In this document: positions 36,284 through 44,279 of the stretch, piece by piece
How the letters are laid out: every line of letters begins with the position of its first letter
How positions within the stretch are numbered: position 1 is the stretch's first letter
NCBI GenBank assembly: GCA_030638335.1
Contig: DAOWET010000078.1
Location: 1 to 48,883 of the forward strand
Length of the DNA: 48,883 nt
Source of the DNA: Nitrospirota bacterium
GTDB taxonomy: Bacteria > Nitrospirota > Thermodesulfovibrionia > Thermodesulfovibrionales > JdFR-86
Reading direction: 5' to 3'
Translations under genes and position numbers: made by a program
The notes under the pieces: generated by a model
The model's input: only the letters and a program-made list of their open reading frames with translations
Databases searched by the model: none
Told to the model about the DNA's origin: nothing

Positions 36284-37308
36284 GATTTGTTATTTCCATT
36301 TCTCCAGGGGGCATCATCCGTGCGTATGCAGCGTGAGCGATGCCGCCCTGCTCCGGAATCTCCAACCTCCATGAATTCCGGTTCTGCGGCGCTACACGCC
36401 TCTTGCGCGAAGTCACAGCGGTCCGAGAACGTACAGCCCGCGGGAAGCTCCCACGGCTTTGGCACCATCCCGCGCACGGGTTTTAACTTAGTGCCTCTTT
36501 GCGCAGGAACGGAACCGAGTAGCCCTACCGTGTACGGGTGCATGGGAGCCCGGAAGAGCTCTGCCACCGGGGCCTGCTCCACGAGGCGGCCCGCGTACAT
36601 GATGGCCACGGTCTCCGCGTTCTCGGCTATGATGCCCAAGTCATGGGTTATCAGCAGCACGCTCATGCCCTTGTCATCCCGGAGGCGGCGTATCATGCGC
36701 AGCAGCTGTGCCTCTATGGTCACGTCCAGCGCGGTGGTGGGCTCGTCCGCTATCAGGAGCGAGGGGCTGCATGCTATGGCCATGGCCATCATCACGCGCT
36801 GGCGCATTCCGCCTGAGAGCTGGTGGGGGTACTCGCGCACGCGTTGTTCGGGGGAGGGAATGTTGAGTTCGCGGAGGAGGGAGACCGCCATGTGCGCGGC
36901 CTCTTTTTTAGATACGGCCAGATGAGTGTTGATGACCTCCTCTATCTGGTAGCCCACCTTGAGCACCGGGTTGAGGCTGGTCATGGGCTCCTGGAAGACC
37001 ATGGATATCTCGTGGCCGCGTACGCTGCGGAAGGTTTTCTCATCCATCTTCAGGAGGTCGCGGCCCTTGAAGGTGACCTCTCCCGTGGCGTGCATGCCGC
37101 GCGGGAGGATGCCCAGGATGGAGAGCGCCGTGAGGCTCTTTCCGCAGCCCGACTCACCAGCCAGGCCGAAGACCGAGCCTTCCGGTATGTCCAGCGTGAG
37201 GGAGTTGACCATATTTATAGAGCTTCCGGCGGAGCCGCCAGGGGATTTACCAGAGCTTGGGGCACGGGCAAGGTTGATGCTCAGGTCGCGCATACTAAGC
37301 AGAGACAC
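36280..37308 (-). CDS. oligopeptide/dipeptide ABC transporter ATP-binding protein (OppD/DppD-type)
   Basis: GESGCGKS, LSGGMRQRVMMAMA, and C-terminal HPYT...GCTFSDRC. Overlaps the downstream ATPase gene by 4 nt. Confidence 0.92.
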   Translation of the reverse strand: MSLLSMRDLSINLARAPSSGKSPGGSAGSSINMVNSLTLDIPEGSVFGLAGESGCGKSLTALSILGILPRGMHATGEVTFKGRDLLKMDEKTFRSVRGHEISMVFQEPMTSLNPVLKVGYQIEEVINTHLAVSKKEAAHMAVSLLRELNIPSPEQRVREYPHQLSGGMRQRVMMAMAIACSPSLLIADEPTTALDVTIEAQLLRMIRRLRDDKGMSVLLITHDLGIIAENAETVAIMYAGRLVEQAPVAELFRAPMHPYTVGLLGSVPAQRGTKLKPVRGMVPKPWELPAGCTFSDRCDFAQEACSAAEPEFMEVGDSGAGRHRSRCIRTDDAPWRNGNNKS

Positions 37309-37314
37309 CCCGGG

Positions 37315-38067
37315 CTATTCCTCCTGCTCGTAGAGCTTGAGCAGGGTCGAGGCCTCTTTAAGGTCCGGGAGCTCCTTGAGGGCGCGCTGCCATGTCTCGT
37401 TGGCCTGGGGGTGGTTGCCCAGGCTGTAGTATGCGAGGCCGAGCTGCACCCAGGCAGCGCCGTATTTGGGGTTGGTCTTCACCGCTTCTTCCAGCACGGT
37501 GATGGCCCCGTCCGCGTCGCCATTTTCTCTGAGCGCGGTGCCGAGCTTGGTCTGCACGTCGGCCAGCCCGCTACGGAGTTTGAGGGCCTTCCTGAACTCC
37601 TCTATGGCTTCGTCCAGGCGGTTGAACTGGAGGTATATCTTGCCCACGCGGTAGTGCTCGTTGGCTATCTTTCCGGCCGCGTAGGGGTCGAGCTCGCCCT
37701 CCTTGATGTTGCCTGCGTTGGAGAGGCGGTTGAATATCTCGTATGCCTTGTCCATCTCGCCAAGCTCGTTGTAGGTGATGGTGAGGTTGAGGGCGGCCTC
37801 TGTGTAGGAAGGGTTCAGGGCCACGGCGCGCTGGAGGTACTCCACCGCGCTCTTGAGGTCATCGTCCATGTTGCTTATTATGCCCAGCCGGTTCAGCACG
37901 TCCGCCATGCGGGGATTGATGGAGTCCAGCTCCTCCAGCAGTCCCAGGGCCACGGAGTAATCACCCCTGTCATAGGCCTCCACGCCGCGCTGATGCAGCT
38001 CGCGTATCTTATTGCGGAGTCTCTCTGGCATGGTTACAGTATAGGTGCAAGTAGCAAGTATAGTCAA
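37315..38067 (-). CDS. TPR-repeat protein
   Basis: Six or more TPR units with high-GC backbone codon usage. Its stop is 6 nt upstream of the oppD-like start. Confidence 0.85.
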   Translation of the reverse strand: MTILATCTYTVTMPERLRNKIRELHQRGVEAYDRGDYSVALGLLEELDSINPRMADVLNRLGIISNMDDDLKSAVEYLQRAVALNPSYTEAALNLTITYNELGEMDKAYEIFNRLSNAGNIKEGELDPYAAGKIANEHYRVGKIYLQFNRLDEAIEEFRKALKLRSGLADVQTKLGTALRENGDADGAITVLEEAVKTNPKYGAAWVQLGLAYYSLGNHPQANETWQRALKELPDLKEASTLLKLYEQEE

Positions 38068-38124
38068 GGACTTACGACAGGTGAAGGCGTGCCTGAGGGC
38101 AGAGGTTTCGGGCCTCGCGGGGGC

Positions 38125-38448
38125 CTATCGGCCAGGGCTGCCGCACTCGGGGCATTTGGTGCCCGCAGAGACGAACTTTCCGCATCCGGGACACTCGTGC
38201 ATCTCGATGGGCGTGTCCGCTCCGCAGGAGGGACAGCGCGCCTGGCCCTCGCCCATGATGCCTCCGCAGGAGGGACAGCGCCGGGTTATGCCGGGCTTTG
38301 GGAGGGCCGGAAGCGCCAGGAGGATGAGAAGCGCGAAGGGGAAGATCAGCGCACCCAGCGTCCAGGAGATCCAGTCGCGGCCCTTGCGCTCTGCCACGAA
38401 GGCAGCCACGGCCGCGGCCAGGAAGCTTATTATGAGCAGGCGCGACAT
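38125..38448 (-). CDS. membrane protein with C-terminal double zinc-ribbon
   Basis: Two N-terminal TM helices, then CPSCG...CPSCG...CPGCG...CPECG. Confidence 0.7.
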   Translation of the reverse strand: MSRLLIISFLAAAVAAFVAERKGRDWISWTLGALIFPFALLILLALPALPKPGITRRCPSCGGIMGEGQARCPSCGADTPIEMHECPGCGKFVSAGTKCPECGSPGR

Positions 38449-38457
38449 TTAGAGGGC

Positions 38458-39405
38458 CTAGCGCGAGGGGGTCGGCCCTTCGTCCCCGTATATCTCGTCC
38501 AGTATCTCCTTGGCGCCGGCGTCCAGGAGCTCCTCGGCCAGGGCCACGCCTATTGCGTGGGCGTCGGCGGGCGCTCCCTTTCTGTGCGCGCGAAGGATGA
38601 CCTCTCCGGTGAGGTTCCCTACGAGGCCGTCCATGACGAGCGTGTCGCCGGCGAGCACTGCGTGGGCCGCGATGGGCACCTGGCACCCACCCTCAAGCCG
38701 GGCCAGCGTGGCGCGCTCCGCCTCCACGCATATGGTGGACTCCTCATGCCTGAGCGGTGCCACCAGCGCGTTTGTGGCCTCGTCATCCCTGCGGCACTCG
38801 ATGCCCACGGCTCCCTGCGCTATGGCGGGCAGCGAGACCTCGGGGTCCAGGGCCTCTGCTATCCTGTCGTCGAAGCCCAGGCGGCGCACACCTGCGGCCG
38901 CCAGTATGATGGCGTCGAACTCTCCCTCGTCGAGCTTGCGGAGCCTGGTGTCGAGGTTGCCCCTCAGGGATATGATCTCTATGTCCGGCCGCAGGGCCTT
39001 GATCTGGCAGGAGCGGCGGAGGCTGGAGGTGCCGAGGGTCGCGCCGCCGGGCATGTCCCCCAGGGAGGTGTACTTGTTGGATATGAAGGCGTCGCGCGGG
39101 TCCTCGCGCTTTGTGATCGCGCTGATGTAGAGGGACTCCGGCAGAATGGTGGGCACGTCCTTCATGCTGTGCACGGCCAGGTCTATCTCGCCCCGGAGCA
39201 TGGCCTCCTCTATCTCCTTGACGAAGAGCCCCTTGCCGCCCACCATTGCCAGCGGGACGTCCTGTATCTTGTCGCCCGTGGTCTTTATCTTCATGAGCTC
39301 CACCTCAAGGCCCGAATGGAGCTCCATGAGCTGGGAGCGTATCCACTCGGCCTGCCACAGCGCGAGCTTGCTTCCTCTTGTTCCTATCACTACTTTCCTG
39401 GACAT
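38458..39405 (-). CDS. hemC: hydroxymethylbilane synthase (porphobilinogen deaminase)
   Basis: MSRKVVIGTRGSKLALWQ..., ...HSMKDVP..., ...RGN..TRL.KL... I chose the start at 39405; the ORF extends to 39465. Confidence 0.93.
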   Translation of the reverse strand: MSRKVVIGTRGSKLALWQAEWIRSQLMELHSGLEVELMKIKTTGDKIQDVPLAMVGGKGLFVKEIEEAMLRGEIDLAVHSMKDVPTILPESLYISAITKREDPRDAFISNKYTSLGDMPGGATLGTSSLRRSCQIKALRPDIEIISLRGNLDTRLRKLDEGEFDAIILAAAGVRRLGFDDRIAEALDPEVSLPAIAQGAVGIECRRDDEATNALVAPLRHEESTICVEAERATLARLEGGCQVPIAAHAVLAGDTLVMDGLVGNLTGEVILRAHRKGAPADAHAIGVALAEELLDAGAKEILDEIYGDEGPTPSR

Positions 39406-39498
39406 GTCCACCTCTTTATTATATTGCCGCGGCCGGAGGGGTCGCCCCCAGCGCTTGCGGACCAAGGCAATAGTATAGCACGATGGGGAGGCGCGGCC

Positions 39499-40137
39499 CT
39501 ACTGCCTTATGTACTTGCCCGGCTCGTCCGAGGCCAGCAGGTTCTCGTATATCCGCCGCTCGATATCCGGGAGCATGTCCTGCACGATTCTCGCGGTCTC
39601 GCGCCCCAGGTGCTCGCGGTCTCCCATGGGGACCACCCGGCTTGCGCGGGCCTCCACCTTCACCAGGTGCTCGACAGCGTTGTCGAAGAGGAATCGCACC
39701 GCGAAGACATGCTTAAGCGATACGTCCACCTCTACGGTGGCGTTGTCGGCGCTGACCTCGTAGCCCACCTTCACCTCGATCGTGTTCATGTCCACGTTTG
39801 CCACGTAGTCGGAGTACTGCAGGTAGCGTACAACGCTGAAGAACCCATCAAGGCCCTCGCGGTAGGACTCGGAGAGAGCGCCGCCTATGTCCAGGTGCAT
39901 GCGCCCGCCGGGGGGATTGATGGATACGATGTGGTCAAAATAGTTCATGGGGTGGTAGCGCATGAACACTCGCGGGCGCTTTCCCTCGAGCCCTTCGATG
40001 GTATTGTGGGGCCTGATGACATGGACCGTGGGCGGGACAATGCACCCAAGCACAAGCGCCAGGGCAATAAAGGCAACAAGGGGAGCGATGCGCCTCCACA
40101 GGGTATTAGCATTACTGAACATATTGCATTTTACCAC
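39499..40137 (-). CDS. hypothetical lipoprotein/membrane-anchored protein
   Basis: N-terminal IAPLVAFIALALVLGC looks like a lipobox. I did not recognise a family. The start may be the ATG at 40122. Confidence 0.55.
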   Translation of the reverse strand: MVKCNMFSNANTLWRRIAPLVAFIALALVLGCIVPPTVHVIRPHNTIEGLEGKRPRVFMRYHPMNYFDHIVSINPPGGRMHLDIGGALSESYREGLDGFFSVVRYLQYSDYVANVDMNTIEVKVGYEVSADNATVEVDVSLKHVFAVRFLFDNAVEHLVKVEARASRVVPMGDREHLGRETARIVQDMLPDIERRIYENLLASDEPGKYIRQ

Positions 40138-40205
40138 GCCTCCGGGGATACAGGTTGGGCTTCAGGCGCTTGGCACATGCTAAGGATTTGATCAGGAGTG
40201 GCGTC

Positions 40206-40385
40206 ATGCGGAAAGCCAAGCCTGATAACGACAGCGTGGGCCGGGCGGCAGGCATCCTTCAGGTCTCGGAGTTCGAGATCTTCGAGTTGGCCCATGGCCT
40301 CTGGTTCGGCAGGCGCGCGCCTTCAGAGCAGACAGAGGACCTTTTCTCCGGCTACATGCACAGGGGGCTTGTCCCCATATCATGA
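40206..40385 (+). CDS. hypothetical small protein (59 aa)
   Basis: AGGAG lies 7 nt upstream of the ATG at 40206. MRKAKPDNDSVGRAAGILQVSEFEIFELAHGLWFGRRA... Backbone GC. Confidence 0.4.
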   Translation: MRKAKPDNDSVGRAAGILQVSEFEIFELAHGLWFGRRAPSEQTEDLFSGYMHRGLVPIS

Positions 40386-40400
40386 GCAGACCGGAACAAA

Positions 40401-40506
40401 AAGTCGGCACGACTCGCTCACGAGAAGTCGCGAAGGGGCCACAGGCCCCATTTAAAATACGTCAAGCGGCTTATGATGCAGCAGATGCGGTATATCCGGG
40501 CGCGTG
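40401..40506 (+). repeat. modular intergenic repeat, copy D
   Basis: ...gaagtcgcgaagg + hairpin ggggccacaggcccc + ...caagcggcttatgatgcagcagatgcggtatatccgggcg. Confidence 0.75.
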
Positions 40507-40517
40507 TTCCAAAAATC

Positions 40518-40546
40518 ATTGACTTGCCTTTGATTTGCATATAACA
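40518..40546 (+). promoter_or_regulatory. candidate sigma70 promoter of the 821-aa gene
   Basis: TTGACT, a 17-nt spacer, then TAACAT. It lies about 40 nt upstream of the GGAGGG RBS. Confidence 0.45.
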
Positions 40547-40587
40547 TATGCGAAACAACTAAATTCTTTTGATCCGGAGGGAATACC

Positions 40588-43053
40588 ATGCGCATCAGAT
40601 CGATTTTCGTCTTCACAGCGGTACTCATGCTTCTTGCGGCTCCTGCTTTTGCGGCTATTGCGCCGCTTCCTGGCGATGCGGGGCTTCTGCCCGCTACTGG
40701 CAAGTACGTGGTGGAGGTCATGAAAGACGGCAAGTGGGTGGAGGCCGCCCGCATTGGCGCCAACAGGCACATGAACAATATGCACGTGGACATAAGCCAG
40801 GCAACTAAAGACATGAAGACCGTAACCGTGCGTGTCAAAGCCATAGGCGGAGGCCACGCGCACATGGACTCCATAACCCTTGGCGGCCTTGCTCCATTTA
40901 GCATAAAGGGCGGGATTGACCCAGCGGGCAAACTCTTAAAGCGCGACCTTGACGTTATTGACGTAACTGGCAAGGATGTTGAGGCGAGCTTTAAGAAACC
41001 CTCTGACGGCCTGCTCGTGCTTACAGCCCGCATAGAGCCGGATGTCATAGGCAAGGACCCCTTCCTCTTCCCAAAGGGAAATCTGTACAAAGAGGTAACA
41101 GCCGGCTCAGAGTTCTACACCTACACTCTAAATGGAACGAAGAAGTCAAAGCCCTTCTTTAAGGAGATGTCATACTCCGGCTCGGGCCACCCGGACGGGT
41201 ATACCTACGGCTGGGTCACGCATGACAGGGACAACCTCTACGTTGGGATAGACTTCACGGGCGACAACACCATGGACGGAGAGCTTGACTATGCCAAGGT
41301 CTTTGCCAGAACAAAAGACGGTATCAAGGAATACAGGATAACCGCCAAGGACAGCACCTGGGGAGAGGCATTTTTCACATATACTGACAATGTGCCATAC
41401 CAGCACAAGGTCTACCAGTTCGCCATCCCCATGGACGATGTGGTCAAGAACAAGGACGGCAATGTAGAGCTTGCCTTTGCAGCCTACGGCACAAACGCTC
41501 CTCCCCCAGGTTCAGAGGAAGATCCACAGTCTGCCTATGACCCGGTGAACCAGCGCCATTTTGTAGTGTTCCATCAATACAGGGCAGACTTTAAAAGAGA
41601 TATTGTTGGCAGGTTCTACGATTACAAGAACCAGCAGGTAGGTACGGATATAACAATATCTGACAGTACAGCCAGCATGTTGTATCCGGATGTTGCCTTT
41701 GACAGCACGAACGGGAGCTTCCTTGTGGTCTGGCAGGACGCGCGCAACATAGACAATGATGTCTACGGCCAGTTCATTGACGCAGCCACAGGCTCACTTC
41801 TTTTTAATACCGTAAGCGAAAACTTCCCGGTCACAGGGTTAACTTCCCACGAGAGTAACCCATCGCTCTCATATGACTCAACCGGGGACCGTTTTTTGGT
41901 GGTATGGAATGATGGGCGTAATTCGGACCCGGATGTTTACGCCCAGTTCGTGAATGCGGCAACAGGCGCCCTTGTGTTCAATGCCGTGGACGAGAACTTC
42001 CGTGTAAATACGTATTTGACTTTTACTCAGTGGCACCCTAAAGTTTCATACGACTCAAACGCAAACCGTTTCCTTGTTGTCTGGGAGGATTCTCGTAACA
42101 TCGACTATGACATATACGGCCAGTTCATAAATGCCTCTGACGGTACATCTGTATTTCCAGAGCTGGCTATCTCACAGGTCGCTTCCTCTGCACAACAGAC
42201 CCCCGATCTGGCCTTTGACTCAAGCAATGACCGCTTCTTTGTGGCCTGGTCTGATGGGCGTAATGTGAACACGGATGTTTACGGCCAGTTCGTGAATGCT
42301 GTAGACGGCTCACTTGTGTTCAACTCCGCTGGCGAGAACCTGCCCGTCTCAACCAATTCAGGCAATAAGTACGATGTGCAGACAGCATTCGACTCAGGCA
42401 ATAACCGCTTTCTCGTGGTCTGGTACGATAATCGTGATGATCCAGATCCAGATCAGATCTACGGGCAGTTCCTTGACGCCTCGGGCGGCTCGGCGCTCTT
42501 AAATACAGTTAGCGAGAACACCTTCATCATGAACACGGCTGAGGACTTCGTTAGAGTTGCCCTTTCCCATGACTCTGTAAAAGGCAACTTCCTTGTATCA
42601 GGTTCATGGCACGATGGGCATCCTTCTGACCCGATCACGGGCTTAATTGCCCTTGCGTACCCCGAGGTCTCCGGCGGCGGCGGTGGCGGCGGTGGCGGCG
42701 GTGGCGGAGATGACGGAGATGACGGAGATGACGGCGGCGGTGATGGCGGGTGCTTCATAGCCACGGCAGCCTATGGTTCATACTCCGACTCCAACGTCAT
42801 GGCCCTTCGCAATTTCCGCGACGAGCGCCTGATGACCAATGCTCTGGGCAGAAAGCTCGTTGACGCATACTACGCCTACAGCCCGCCCGTGGCTGACTAC
42901 ATTGCCTCCCACAGTGCGCTCCGCGTGGCAACGCGGCTTGCCCTGGCCCCTGTGGTCTATGGCGTGCAACACCCCATGCTCATTGGGTTTGTGTTCACAG
43001 CCGCTGTCCTTGGCGCTGGCGCAGGCATGAGAAGAAGAAAGAAACGCTCATAG
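40588..43053 (+). CDS. large secreted repeat protein (about 6 propeller-like 55-58-aa repeats) with a poly-Gly/Asp linker and a CFIATAAYGS-type C-terminal anchor domain
   Basis: GGAGGG RBS. Signal peptide MRIRSIFVFTAVLMLLAAPAFA. The repeats follow D[VI]Y[GA]QF[IV][ND]A..G...F....N..V......Q..P.[VL][AS][FY]DS...RF[LF]V[VA]W.D.RN. The linker is SGGGGGGGGGGGDDGDDGDDGGGDGG. The C-terminal domain reads CFIATAAYGS...LRNFRDERL...YYAYSPPVADYI and ends in a TM helix plus RRRKKRS. Confidence 0.85.
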   Translation: MRIRSIFVFTAVLMLLAAPAFAAIAPLPGDAGLLPATGKYVVEVMKDGKWVEAARIGANRHMNNMHVDISQATKDMKTVTVRVKAIGGGHAHMDSITLGGLAPFSIKGGIDPAGKLLKRDLDVIDVTGKDVEASFKKPSDGLLVLTARIEPDVIGKDPFLFPKGNLYKEVTAGSEFYTYTLNGTKKSKPFFKEMSYSGSGHPDGYTYGWVTHDRDNLYVGIDFTGDNTMDGELDYAKVFARTKDGIKEYRITAKDSTWGEAFFTYTDNVPYQHKVYQFAIPMDDVVKNKDGNVELAFAAYGTNAPPPGSEEDPQSAYDPVNQRHFVVFHQYRADFKRDIVGRFYDYKNQQVGTDITISDSTASMLYPDVAFDSTNGSFLVVWQDARNIDNDVYGQFIDAATGSLLFNTVSENFPVTGLTSHESNPSLSYDSTGDRFLVVWNDGRNSDPDVYAQFVNAATGALVFNAVDENFRVNTYLTFTQWHPKVSYDSNANRFLVVWEDSRNIDYDIYGQFINASDGTSVFPELAISQVASSAQQTPDLAFDSSNDRFFVAWSDGRNVNTDVYGQFVNAVDGSLVFNSAGENLPVSTNSGNKYDVQTAFDSGNNRFLVVWYDNRDDPDPDQIYGQFLDASGGSALLNTVSENTFIMNTAEDFVRVALSHDSVKGNFLVSGSWHDGHPSDPITGLIALAYPEVSGGGGGGGGGGGGDDGDDGDDGGGDGGCFIATAAYGSYSDSNVMALRNFRDERLMTNALGRKLVDAYYAYSPPVADYIASHSALRVATRLALAPVVYGVQHPMLIGFVFTAAVLGAGAGMRRRKKRS
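42673..42750 (+). repeat. coding simple-sequence tract: (GGY)n followed by 3 x GGAGATGAC
   Basis: ggcggcggcggtggcggcggtggcggcggtggc, then ggagatgac three times (42706-42732), then ggcggcggtgatggcggg. It encodes G11-(DDG)3-GGDGG. Confidence 0.9.
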
Positions 43054-43078
43054 CGTTTAGTGATTAATAAATAGAAAC

Positions 43079-43156
43079 AAACAGGGCCGCCTGTAGCAGG
43101 TCGTCAGACTCGATCCGAGGTCGTCAGACTCGATCCGAGGGCGGCCCTGTTTTTTC
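43079..43156 (+). terminator. terminator hairpin of the 821-aa gene, with a tandemly duplicated 20-nt unit in its loop
   Basis: Stem cagggccgcc / ggcggccctg followed by TTTTTTC. The loop is tgtagcag + 2 x gtcgtcagactcgatccgag. Confidence 0.75.
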
Positions 43157-43202
43157 ATTTTCAATAGTTCCAACACGAAGAATTGCATACGAGCAGGGCA
43201 AG

Positions 43203-43620
43203 GCAAAGAACTCCAATTAATAATGGGTTCCTTCCATTAGCGGTTAATGTTCCGCTTCGAAGGGCATCGGTGACGGGGTGCCACAGGCACCATTCAAACT
43301 GGAGCCTCCAGCTCCTTTCCTCTCAAAGATAAGTTTCGTAAAGGATTTCCTCTAATAATAAGGACTCTATTCCTTGCGCTTCACCCGTTCCGCTTTGGAA
43401 GGGAATTTGTGCCGGGGTGTCACGGACAACTCTTTAAATAAATGCCGTTGACCCTTATGTTCCGCTTCGAAGGGCATCTGTGCCGGGGTGCCACGGGCAC
43501 CTTCTACTCCTTGCAGTTTTGCGCGCCAAAAGAATACAACAAAGACTTCAATTAAAAATGATTCCATTCCTTTATCTTCACTTGTTTTACTTTTACAGCG
43601 AAAGTTCTCTTGTCTGACGT
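43203..43620 (+). repeat. tandem array of 4 degenerate 70-135-nt units (L-box, R-box, short hairpin)
   Basis: R-boxes lie at 43247-43291, 43382-43430 and 43457-43501, with a degenerate one at about 43580-43615. R1 and R3 share the 22-mer atgttccgcttcgaagggcatc. L-boxes are aaagaactccaattaataatg (43205) and aaagacttcaattaaaaatg (43541). Confidence 0.75.
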
Positions 43621-43718
43621 AGGCATACGGGTCTGGGATGTAGTAGATTCAAGGAAAGAGACGCGACCAGCCACGGGCTGGACTAAATTGCCTTTCTATG
43701 TGTGTAGCACCAAATTAA

Positions 43719-43783
43719 AAGGGGTCCGTGACCCCGAGCGGCTTATGACACCGTAGATGCTGCATATCCAGGCCCGTAGGCCG
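43719..43783 (+). repeat. modular intergenic repeat, copy E (hairpin plus 3' module only)
   Basis: aaaaggggtccgtgacccc + gagcggcttatgacaccgtagatgctgcatatccaggcccgtagg. It ends 9 nt from the terB stop. On the minus strand the hairpin is followed by TTTTAATTT. Confidence 0.75.
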
Positions 43784-43791
43784 TCTAATAC

Positions 43792-44256
43792 CTAGGCTCT
43801 TTCCTGAGCCCATTTCTTCGCGTTCATCTTTACCTCATAGGCCTCTTTTCTCTCAAGCCTCAGCAGGTGGACCACCTTGCGGGCAAGCGCGGCCTCGTGC
43901 TTTTCTATAACACCGTCGGAATAGATAACCTTCCAGAGGGCTTCAAGCACCTTCAGCTTCTCTTCAAGCGGGAACGTCTCGTTTATCTCCCTCGTAAAGC
44001 CGTACACGTCCGCCGCGTGCTCGCGCTCCTTATGCGCCATCTCAACAAGCTCACGCGCCTGAGGCGCGGTGATCCCGAATATATCCTTCATGGTGGCAAC
44101 CACGTGCTCAAGCTCGTCCTCCGTGCATTTGTAGTCCGCATAGGCTGCCTCAAGAAGCACCACGCACGCGGCAACCTCTATGCGCGGCCCACGGCTCTCG
44201 CCCCCGCCTGGACCCGGGCCCTCAAGGCCCATTGCCTTTTTAAGTATCCCAAACAT
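43792..44256 (-). CDS. TerB-family (tellurite-resistance-like) protein
   Basis: 154 aa. EVAACVVLLEAAYADYKCTEDELEHV...EEKLKVLEALWKVIYSDGVIEKHEAALARKV follows the TerB/DUF533-like helical pattern. Confidence 0.75.
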   Translation of the reverse strand: MFGILKKAMGLEGPGPGGGESRGPRIEVAACVVLLEAAYADYKCTEDELEHVVATMKDIFGITAPQARELVEMAHKEREHAADVYGFTREINETFPLEEKLKVLEALWKVIYSDGVIEKHEAALARKVVHLLRLERKEAYEVKMNAKKWAQERA

Positions 44257-44279
44257 TCCTCTACCTTTCCCCTGTCCGC

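Noticed and set aside
36823-40191. Very long plus-strand ORF (1122 aa). The similar ORF at 35015..36925 (636 aa) falls in the same category.
   Set aside because: Both lie antisense to strongly recognisable minus-strand genes (oppD/F, TPR, hemC, lipoprotein). Their products are low-complexity and rich in R/G/A/H/V, with no motifs, which is typical of open antisense frames in about 60% GC DNA.
43247-43501. Possible degenerate CRISPR array. The repeats are about 36-45 nt and R2-R3 spacing is about 73 nt.
   Set aside because: Spacing is irregular (R1-R2 about 136 nt, R2-R3 about 73 nt). The repeats differ by more than 30% (R2 versus R1/R3). Each repeat has its own conserved upstream L-box. An isolated copy exists 20 kb away, and there are no cas genes in the window.
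43457-43555. A small peptide ORF inside the R-boxes (MFRFEGHLCRGATGTFYSLQFCAPKEYNKDFN). A related frame occurs in the orphan copy (..NLCRGCGASSPT..), which raised the idea of a RiPP-like precursor.
   Set aside because: There is no Shine-Dalgarno sequence. The R1 copy has a stop at codon 9. The peptide similarity follows trivially from the nucleotide similarity, and I saw no excess of synonymous changes.
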